Positions 6,441 to 13,165 of a stretch of DNA of 13,165 nucleotides are shown here, piece by piece (positions within the stretch are counted from its first letter, which is position 1; every line of letters begins with the position of its first letter). The translations under genes and the position numbers were made by a program. The DNA comes from an archaeon (GTDB lineage: Archaea > Thermoplasmatota > Thermoplasmata > Methanomassiliicoccales > Methanomethylophilaceae). The DNA lies in NCBI GenBank assembly GCA_024399195.1, contig JAKSHW010000051.1:1-13165 (forward strand), given 5' to 3'. The notes below the pieces were generated by a model. It was not told the origin of the DNA, did no database searches, and worked only from the letters and a program-made list of their open reading frames with translations.

Positions 6441-6633
6441 CTGTGACTGGGTCTTCTGCTGTTGCTTCTCTCATTTCCAGAATGTAGGTCTCCTTCAGGG
6501 GCACCATTCTGACCGAATATCCAATATCTTAATGAATTTTTCTTGATAATTAGACAAATGTCTAAGATTATCCAATCTAATTAATCGAATATACATTTAC
6601 TATTGAGTTAACCCACCATTTTATCGGTTGTAT

Positions 6634-6649
6634 CAGAAAACTATATTAA
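6634..6649 (+). promoter_or_regulatory. BRE-like (cagaaaac) plus TATA-like (tatattaa) element positioned for a leaderless glnN transcript
   Basis: tatattaa (6642-6649) is centred ~25-26 nt upstream of the A of the glnN ATG (6671). It is immediately preceded by the purine-rich cagaaaac. No SD is present before the ATG. Confidence 0.5.
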
Positions 6650-6670
6650 CTACCGTTTAGAGTACCAGCT

Positions 6671-8860
6671 ATGTCCAACGTGAGATTCGATGCCGTTCAG
6701 AAGGCGAACGCGAAGACCCCCGTCATCGCCGTCGCCCCCGCTATCGAGACATCCACCTACTATGGTTGTAATGTTTTCAACAGAGCCGCTATGAGGAAGT
6801 ACCTTTCCGAAGAGACCCGTAGGGCCATCTACGAGACCATCGAGAACGGCGCCACTCTCGAGAAGGACGTCGCAGAGCATGTCGCGGCCGGAATGAAGAG
6901 ATGGGCCCTCGATATGGGAGCCACTCACTACACCCACTGGTTCCAGCCACTCAACGGAGGTACCGCGGAGAAGCACGACTCCTTCGCCGATCCCCGCGGA
7001 CGTGACGAGTCCATCGAAAAGTTCAGTGGAAAGCTTCTTTGCCAGCAGGAGCCCGATGCATCCTCGTTCCCCTCCGGAGGTCTCAGGAACACCTTCGAGG
7101 CAAGGGGTTACACCGCATGGGACCCCTCTTCCCCCGCGTTCATCATGGGAGACACCCTCTGCATCCCCACCGTTTTCATCTCCTACACCGGAGAGGCACT
7201 CGATTACAAGGTCCCCCTCATGAAGTCCGATGCGGCGGTCACCAAGGCGGCCTCCGAGATCCTCGCATACTTCGGTCTCGGGAAGGAGGTCGTCCACTCC
7301 TACCTCGGATGGGAACAGGAGTACTTCCTCGTCGACAAGGAGCTCTATCTCCAGCGCCCCGACCTGATGCTTACCGAGCGTACCCTCATCGGACACTGCA
7401 GTTCGAAGAACCAGCAGCTCGACGACCACTATTTCGCAGCGATCCCCGAGCGCGTGAAGGAGTTCATGAAGGACCTCGAGTTCGAGTGTTACAAGCTCGG
7501 AATCCCCGCTAAGACCAGGCACAACGAGGTCGCACCTGGACAGTTCGAGCTCGCTCCCGTATACGAGGCGGCGAACCTCGCCATCGACCACAACCTGCTC
7601 CTTATGTCCGTCATGAAGACCCTTGCAAAGAAGCACGGCTTCGAGGTCCTTCTCCACGAGAAGCCCTTCGCAGGCGTCAACGGATCCGGAAAGCACTGCA
7701 ACTGGTCCATCGGAACCGAGAGCGGTATCGGGCTTATGTCCCCTGGAAAGACCGATGAGGAGAACCTCAGGTTCTTCTGTTTCATGGCCAACACCCTGAA
7801 GGCTGTCTATGACAACAACGCCCTCCTCAAGGCCTGCGTCCTCAACGCCTCCAACGCACACAGGCTCGGTGCCAACGAGGCTCCCCCTGCGATCATCTCC
7901 TCCTTCCTCGGAACCCAGATCTACGATGCGTTCGAAGAGATGCTCAACTCCACCGAGATGGTCAAGCTCGCCGGAAAGAGGGGATTCAACCTCGGTATCT
8001 CCCAGGTCCCCGTCCTTCAGGTCGACAACACCGACAGGAACAGGACCTCTCCCTTCGCGTTCACCGGAAACAGGTTCGAGTTCAGGGCCGTCGGTTCCTC
8101 TGCGAACTGCTCCGGACCCATCACCATCCTCAACACCGCCCTCGCATACCAGCTCAAGCAGTTCAAGGTCGCGGTCGACAAGAGGATCGAGGCCGGCGAG
8201 GACGTGTTCCACGCCATCCTCAACGAGACCCGTGAGACCTACAGGGCGTCCAAGCCCATCTGTTTCAACGGAAACGGATACTCCGACGAGTGGAAGGCCG
8301 AAGCGAAGGCACGCGGTCTTGACTGCGAGGCGTCCGTGCCTCTCGTGTACGACGAGTACACCTCCGAGCGGACCGTCAGGATCTTCGGAGAGATGGGCAT
8401 CCTTTCCCCTGTCGAGCTTGCGTCCAGGAAGGAGATCTTCTGGGAGATATACTGCAAGAAGCTCGGAATCGAGGCCAGGACCCTCTGCGATCTGACCACC
8501 AACCACATCATCCCCGTCGCCATCAGGTACCAGAACATCCTCATCGAGAACGTCAGGAACCTCAAGGAGATCTGCGGAGACAACGTCGAATCCTTCAAGA
8601 GGATGTCCAAGACCCAGATGGACCTCATCGGATGCATCTCCGACGATATCTCCTGTGCGGAGAACACCGTGGACGATCTCGAAGCGGTCATCGACGAGCT
8701 TTCCGCAAAGGGTGAGGGTCGTGACGTGGCCATCAGGTACCACGACGAGGTCACTCCTATGCTCGAGAAGATCAGGTCCCACGTCGACTCTCTGGAAATG
8801 ATGGTCGACGACCAGATGTGGCCTCTTCCCAAGTACAGAGAATTGCTCTTCATCCACTGA
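6671..8860 (+). CDS. glnN: glutamine synthetase type III (GlnN), 729 aa
   Basis: The length (729 aa) is the GSIII hallmark. Collinear GSIII-specific blocks: THYTHWFQPL, FSGKLLCQQEPDASSFPSGGLRNTFEARGYTAWD, LCIPTVFISYTGEALDYK, GWEQEYFLVD, KTRHNEVAPGQFELAP, HEKPFAGVNGSGKHCNWS, NRTSPFAFTGNRFEFRAVGSSANC, and the C-terminal WPLPKYRELLF. Confidence 0.93.
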   Translation: MSNVRFDAVQKANAKTPVIAVAPAIETSTYYGCNVFNRAAMRKYLSEETRRAIYETIENGATLEKDVAEHVAAGMKRWALDMGATHYTHWFQPLNGGTAEKHDSFADPRGRDESIEKFSGKLLCQQEPDASSFPSGGLRNTFEARGYTAWDPSSPAFIMGDTLCIPTVFISYTGEALDYKVPLMKSDAAVTKAASEILAYFGLGKEVVHSYLGWEQEYFLVDKELYLQRPDLMLTERTLIGHCSSKNQQLDDHYFAAIPERVKEFMKDLEFECYKLGIPAKTRHNEVAPGQFELAPVYEAANLAIDHNLLLMSVMKTLAKKHGFEVLLHEKPFAGVNGSGKHCNWSIGTESGIGLMSPGKTDEENLRFFCFMANTLKAVYDNNALLKACVLNASNAHRLGANEAPPAIISSFLGTQIYDAFEEMLNSTEMVKLAGKRGFNLGISQVPVLQVDNTDRNRTSPFAFTGNRFEFRAVGSSANCSGPITILNTALAYQLKQFKVAVDKRIEAGEDVFHAILNETRETYRASKPICFNGNGYSDEWKAEAKARGLDCEASVPLVYDEYTSERTVRIFGEMGILSPVELASRKEIFWEIYCKKLGIEARTLCDLTTNHIIPVAIRYQNILIENVRNLKEICGDNVESFKRMSKTQMDLIGCISDDISCAENTVDDLEAVIDELSAKGEGRDVAIRYHDEVTPMLEKIRSHVDSLEMMVDDQMWPLPKYRELLFIH

Positions 8861-8875
8861 TCAGGGTGATTCCTG

Positions 8876-11800
8876 ATGAACAGCAAGATCGGTCTTTACG
8901 ACCCCGCAGACGAGAGAGACTCCTGCGGTGTCGGAATGGCTGTAAACATCAACGGGGTCAAGGACCACGGAGTCGTCGAGTACGGTCTCCGTCTCCTTGA
9001 AAACCTCGCCCACCGTGGGGCGGAGAACGCGGACGGCAGTACCGGAGACGGATCCGGTATCACCGTCCAGATCCCCCACGATTTTATCGTCAAGTGCGGA
9101 ATACCGGTTCCGGAGGCCGGCAGGTACGGTACAGGTCTGGTGTTCCTTCCTAAGGACAAGGAGAAAGCTGACCGCTATCTGGACGTTCTGAAAAAGAAAT
9201 GTTCGGAACTGGCACTGTCTGTCATAGGTTTGAGGGACGTTCCTGTGGACGGTTCGGTACCTGGTCCGTTGGCACAGGAGTCCGAACCCTATATCGTGCA
9301 GGTCTTCGTAAGCAGTTACGATTCCCAGGAAACTCTCGAGAGGAAACTGTACACCGCAAGGAAGAGGACCAGCAACTCCATAGACGACCCCGAGTTCTAC
9401 ATCTGCAGTCTTTCCACCAAGACCATCGTCTACAAGGGTATGTTGACGCCTGAACAGATACGCAGATACTATCTCGATCTGGAAGACCCAGAGTTCAAAT
9501 CCGCCATTGCGATGGTCCATTCCAGGTTCAGCACCAACACCGCTCCCCGTTGGAAACTCGCGCAGCCTTTCAGGATGCTGTGCCATAACGGTGAGATCAA
9601 TACGATCAACTCCAACCGTTCCTGGATGGCCGCCAGGGAAGGTGTCCTCGGAACTCCTCGGTTCCCTAAGATGGATACCGTCTATCCCATTATCCAGGAA
9701 GGAATGAGCGACAGTGCGTCCCTTGACAACGTCTTCGAGTTCTTCACCCAGACCGGCATGTCCATGGAGAACGTCATCAGTTCGATGGTCCCCGAATCCT
9801 GGAACAGTAAGAACCCGATCCCCGATTCTCTCAAAGCGTACTATGAATACAATTCGATATTGATGGAGCCTTGGGACGGTCCCGCCGCAATCCTCTTCAC
9901 CGACGGAACCTACGCAGGCGGACTTCTCGACAGGAACGGACTCCGTCCTGCGAGGTATTCCATAACCTCCGACGGTCTCTTCATCATAGCGTCCGAATCG
10001 GGTGCGGTGCAGATCGACGATTCCGAGATCGTGGAATCCGGAAGGTTGATGCCCGGCAAGATGATGCTGATCGACACTTCCGAGGGAAAGATCCATTACA
10101 ACGACAGCATCAAGTCCTCGCTTTCCTCCGCCTATCCTTACAGGGATTGGTTGGAGAAGAACCGTATCGATCTCGGCGACGTATCCTCGGGACGTACCGT
10201 AGGACGTGAGGTGGAGAACATGGAGAGGCTCATGGCCGAGTTCCTCTACGACAAGGAGGACATCGAGAAGGTCATCCGCCCTATGGTGGAAGGTCTCAAG
10301 GAACCCGTCTCATCCGCAGGAAGCGACATCCCTCTGCCGTTCTTCTCTGATAAGCCGCAGCTGTTCTTCAACTATTTCAGACAGAACTTCGCACAGGTCA
10401 CGAACCCTCCTATCGATCCGATACGCGAGGAGCTCGTGATGTCTTTGACGGGATACATCGGGTCGGTCCACAACAACGTCCTGATGCCTACCCCCGACAA
10501 CTGCAAGATCATCAAGGTCAGGCACCCCATCATAACCAACAGGGAGCTGGACCTTCTCAAAAACCTCAGGTACAGAGGATTCGGTACCGCCGTGATCCCG
10601 ATGCTGTTCGATGTGTCGAAGGGGGAGGAAGGTCTCAGGGAGGCCATCGAGGCCATGTGCCAGAAGGCGGAACATGCAATAGATTCCGGTGATTCGTACA
10701 TCATCCTTTCAGACCGTATGGTCGATGAAGGACATGCCGCCGTCCCGTCCCTGCTTGCACTTTCCACCGTCCATCAGTATCTCGTCGAATGCAAGAAAAG
10801 GCTCAAGGGCGGGATCATTGTCGAGACCGGAGAGGCCAGGGAGGTCGAGCACATCGCACTCCTGTTCGCATACGGTGCCAACCTTGTGAACCCCTATCTC
10901 GCATATGCGGTCGTAGAAGAGCTTTGCAGGAACGGAAAAGTCGGTTACGACGCCGATTCCGCAGAATACAGGTACAACCGTGCACTCGAGAAGGGTCTTC
11001 TGAAGATCATGTCCAAGATGGGTATCGCGACCTTGCGTTCGTACCGTGGTTCCCGTCTGTTCGAGGCCATCGGTCTGGACCAGGCCTTCTGTAACAGGTA
11101 CATGTACGGTACCGCGTCCCATATCGGCGGCATCGGTCTCGGACAGATCGCGGAGGACACGGTCGCAAGACACAAGGCGGCTTTCGACGGGTCCGCATCC
11201 ATCAACCTTGACAATGGTTACTACAATTACCATAAGGACGGGGAGAGACACGCCTGGAACCCCGAATCCGTAAGGCTCCTCCATGAGGCCGCCGAGGATA
11301 TCGCGAAGTATCCCGCGTTCCAGAAGAAGATCGACCAGGACAACGGTCTGTTCTTCATCCGCGATCTGATGGATCTGAAACATGGTGAACCGGTTCCGAT
11401 GGAAGAGGTCGAATCCGCCGAGGACATCGTCAGACGTTTCGTCATAGAGGCCATGTCCTTCGGTGCCATCAGCAAGGAAGCCCATGAGACCGCCGCCGAG
11501 GCCGCGAACCTGATGCATTGTCAGAGCAACTGCGGTGAAGGCGGGGAGGATCCCGCTCGTAACAGTTCCTGTCGCCGCTCCGTCGTCAGACAGGTCGCAT
11601 CTGCAAGGTTCGGGGTCAACGCAGAGTATCTCGTCAATGCGGACGAACTCCAGATCAAGGTCGCACAGGGTGCAAAGCCCGGTGAGGGCGGTCAGCTTCT
11701 TGCGTTCAAGGTGGATCCCGTGATCGCTGCCACCAGGCATACGATCCCTGGGATCACCCTCATCTCCCCTCCCCCGCACCACGATATCTATTCCATAGAG

Positions 11801-13165
11801 GATCTGAAACAATTGATCTTGGATCTCCGTGCGGTGAACCCCAAGGCCAGGATCAGTGTCAAGCTGGTCTCCGAGGCAGGTGTCGGTACCGTTGCATCGG
11901 GTGTCGCCAAGGCCGGTGCCGATATGATCCTCATATCCGGATCCGATGGAGGTACTGGAGCAAGCCCCATGTCCTCCATGAGGTACGCAGGTCTTCCCTG
12001 GGAGCTCGGATTGGCCGAAGCCCAGCAGGCGTTGGTCTCCAACGGCCTCAGGGGAAGGGTAAGACTTCAGGTGGACGGTCAGATCAAGACCGGTATTGAT
12101 GTCGTCATCTCCGCCCTGTTGGGTGCAGAGGAATATGGTTTCGCAGCGGCGGTCCTCATCTCCATGGGGTGTATGATGTGCCGCAAGTGTCAGACCAACA
12201 ACTGTCCTGTGGGTATCGCCACCCAGGACCCCGCAAAGCGTGCGAGGTTCAAAGGAACCGTCGATAACGTCAGGAACTATTTCCTCGGTGTCGCAGAGGA
12301 TGTAAGGAGATATCTGTCCGTAATGGGATTCAGGTCTCTCGATGAGATCGTCGGAAGGGCGGACCTTATCGTGCGTAAGGCCGTGGACGGCAGGCCCTCG
12401 ATGGTAGACATATCCGACATCATCGCCGTGGCCGAGGGGCAGAGGACCTTCAACGAGGGACAGCCCGACGTCCTCAGCGGAATGTTGGACAACAAGTTCA
12501 TCGCAGATGCAACCGCATCCATAGGCCGTAACGGCGGAAAGGCGATCCTTTCCTACTCCATACGCAACATCGACCGTTCCGTAGGCGCGATGCTTTCCGG
12601 TGAACTGCTCAGACGCGGCGTCAACCTGGAGGACGATTCGCTTACCGTGAAGTTCGATGGAACCGCAGGACAGAGTTTCGGTGCGTTCCTTACCAGGGGT
12701 GTGACCTTCGTTCTGAAAGGTCAGGCCAACGATTACGTGGGAAAGGGTCTTTCTGGAGGAAAGATAGCAATTTCCCGTAACGGGTCCGAACCTAGGATCA
12801 ACGTCATCGCCGGAAACACCCTGCTGTACGGGGCGACCGCCGGAGAACTCTATGTGGCCGGAAGGGTCGGAGAAAGGTTCTGCGTCCGTAACAGCGGAGC
12901 TATCGCAGTGGCAGAAGGTGTAGGTGACCATTGTTGCGAGTATATGACGGGAGGACGTGTGGTGGTACTAGGCTCCTGTGGAAGGAATTTCGCTGCAGGT
13001 ATGTCCGCAGGTATCGCCTATGTCCTTGACGACGACGGTGATTTCGACCGTCACTGTAACATGGACATGGTGGAATTGGAACTCGTGGAATCCTTGGAGG
13101 ACAAGGCGGAACTGAGGTCTATTCTCGAGAACCATGTACGTTACACAGGCAGTGCAAAGGCATCC
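8876..13165 (+). CDS. gltB: glutamate synthase (GOGAT) large subunit, fused GltB type, 3' partial (1430 aa inside the window; continues past the window end)
   Basis: Frame 2 is open from the ATG at 8876 to the last base, so it is absent from the ORF track. N-terminal Ntn-amidotransferase domain (DSCGVGMAVN…HSRFSTNT). FMN-domain motifs (GEGGEDP; KVAQGAKPGEGGQL). 3Fe-4S cysteine cluster (CMMCRKCQTNNCPVGIATQDP). C-terminal GXGXXG-type domain (GGRVVVLGSCGRNFAAGMSAGIAYVLD). SD-like GGTGAT 7 nt upstream. Only 15 nt after the glnN stop. Confidence 0.93.
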   Translation, partial: MNSKIGLYDPADERDSCGVGMAVNINGVKDHGVVEYGLRLLENLAHRGAENADGSTGDGSGITVQIPHDFIVKCGIPVPEAGRYGTGLVFLPKDKEKADRYLDVLKKKCSELALSVIGLRDVPVDGSVPGPLAQESEPYIVQVFVSSYDSQETLERKLYTARKRTSNSIDDPEFYICSLSTKTIVYKGMLTPEQIRRYYLDLEDPEFKSAIAMVHSRFSTNTAPRWKLAQPFRMLCHNGEINTINSNRSWMAAREGVLGTPRFPKMDTVYPIIQEGMSDSASLDNVFEFFTQTGMSMENVISSMVPESWNSKNPIPDSLKAYYEYNSILMEPWDGPAAILFTDGTYAGGLLDRNGLRPARYSITSDGLFIIASESGAVQIDDSEIVESGRLMPGKMMLIDTSEGKIHYNDSIKSSLSSAYPYRDWLEKNRIDLGDVSSGRTVGREVENMERLMAEFLYDKEDIEKVIRPMVEGLKEPVSSAGSDIPLPFFSDKPQLFFNYFRQNFAQVTNPPIDPIREELVMSLTGYIGSVHNNVLMPTPDNCKIIKVRHPIITNRELDLLKNLRYRGFGTAVIPMLFDVSKGEEGLREAIEAMCQKAEHAIDSGDSYIILSDRMVDEGHAAVPSLLALSTVHQYLVECKKRLKGGIIVETGEAREVEHIALLFAYGANLVNPYLAYAVVEELCRNGKVGYDADSAEYRYNRALEKGLLKIMSKMGIATLRSYRGSRLFEAIGLDQAFCNRYMYGTASHIGGIGLGQIAEDTVARHKAAFDGSASINLDNGYYNYHKDGERHAWNPESVRLLHEAAEDIAKYPAFQKKIDQDNGLFFIRDLMDLKHGEPVPMEEVESAEDIVRRFVIEAMSFGAISKEAHETAAEAANLMHCQSNCGEGGEDPARNSSCRRSVVRQVASARFGVNAEYLVNADELQIKVAQGAKPGEGGQLLAFKVDPVIAATRHTIPGITLISPPPHHDIYSIEDLKQLILDLRAVNPKARISVKLVSEAGVGTVASGVAKAGADMILISGSDGGTGASPMSSMRYAGLPWELGLAEAQQALVSNGLRGRVRLQVDGQIKTGIDVVISALLGAEEYGFAAAVLISMGCMMCRKCQTNNCPVGIATQDPAKRARFKGTVDNVRNYFLGVAEDVRRYLSVMGFRSLDEIVGRADLIVRKAVDGRPSMVDISDIIAVAEGQRTFNEGQPDVLSGMLDNKFIADATASIGRNGGKAILSYSIRNIDRSVGAMLSGELLRRGVNLEDDSLTVKFDGTAGQSFGAFLTRGVTFVLKGQANDYVGKGLSGGKIAISRNGSEPRINVIAGNTLLYGATAGELYVAGRVGERFCVRNSGAIAVAEGVGDHCCEYMTGGRVVVLGSCGRNFAAGMSAGIAYVLDDDGDFDRHCNMDMVELELVESLEDKAELRSILENHVRYTGSAKAS

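Larger units (their letters stand above)
6398..6670. promoter_or_regulatory. divergent AT-rich intergenic promoter region between the five-gene cluster (leftward) and glnN (rightward)
   Basis: This is a 273-nt non-coding, AT-rich spacer flanked by divergently oriented start codons. It contains TATA-like elements for both directions and two copies of a TATCCAAT…TTAAT motif. Confidence 0.65.

Noticed and set aside
6418-6546. 42-codon plus-strand mini-ORF (MFLQAFKICDWVFCCCF…) in the divergent promoter region
   Set aside because: It has no SD or promoter geometry. It overlaps the probable promoter and 5' UTR of the leftward cluster and has a biased C/F-rich composition. It is most likely spurious.
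6398-6670. NrpR-type nitrogen operator (GGAA-N6-TTCC) upstream of glnN
   Set aside because: I searched the spacer by eye. It contains no GGAA tetramer, so the canonical methanogen NrpR operator is absent.
6650-8857. 735-aa minus-strand ORF spanning the whole of glnN
   Set aside because: It is fully antisense to a gene with unmistakable GSIII motifs. Its product is a D/G/V/L/E-rich low-information sequence, typical of shadow ORFs created by GC3-biased codon usage. It has no start context or SD.
8861-12931. Two long minus-strand ORFs (8861-10096 and 10709-12931) suggested by the track in the gltB region
   Set aside because: Plus-strand frame 2 is open through the entire region and encodes textbook GltB motifs (amidotransferase Cys, FMN-domain and 3Fe-4S motifs). 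The minus-strand ORFs are antisense shadows. The ORF track omitted the true gene only because it has no stop inside the window.
1-13165. CRISPR arrays, IS elements, integrases, tRNA/rRNA genes
   Set aside because: There are no regularly spaced direct repeats. There are no transposase- or integrase-like ORFs and no terminal inverted repeats. Nothing has tRNA cloverleaf features or rRNA-like conservation. The region looks like core chromosome rather than a mobile island.

Overview
The window is a moderately GC-rich prokaryotic chromosomal segment with short AT-rich intergenic spacers and no rRNA, tRNA, CRISPR or mobile-element signatures. Every confidently called gene on the left (227-6397) is on the minus strand, in this order:
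- apt, adenine phosphoribosyltransferase (227-766).
- An inositol-monophosphatase-family gene, suhB-like (829-1635).
- A tightly coupled five-gene cluster (1729-6397).

The five-gene cluster encodes, in transcription order: a helical-repeat plus Cys4 protein; a 515-aa protein with an N-terminal zinc ribbon; a 126-aa 4-TM protein; a 178-aa coiled-coil protein; and an SPFH/Band-7 (YdjI-like) protein. The SPFH protein's C-terminus carries a prion-like Q/G/Y/M/P-rich repeat region flanked by two zinc ribbons. No partner has a recognisable catalytic domain. I regard this cluster as the candidate uncharacterised system, possibly a membrane-scaffold, Psp/ESCRT-III-like module.

A 273-nt divergent promoter region separates the cluster from a plus-strand nitrogen-assimilation pair. 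The pair is a type III glutamine synthetase (glnN, 6671-8860) followed 15 nt later by a fused large-subunit glutamate synthase (gltB, 8876 to the window end, 3' partial). The gltB frame is open to the last base and is missing from the ORF track for that reason.

Promoter geometry at several genes fits archaeal transcription: an A/T octamer ending about 22 nt before the ATG, with a purine-rich BRE-like element upstream, giving leaderless mRNAs. Most encoded proteins nevertheless belong to families common in bacteria. The host assignment (possibly a Thermoplasmata/Methanomassiliicoccales-like archaeon) is therefore inference only. Many long antisense ORFs in the track are shadow ORFs of the GC3-biased genes and are rejected.
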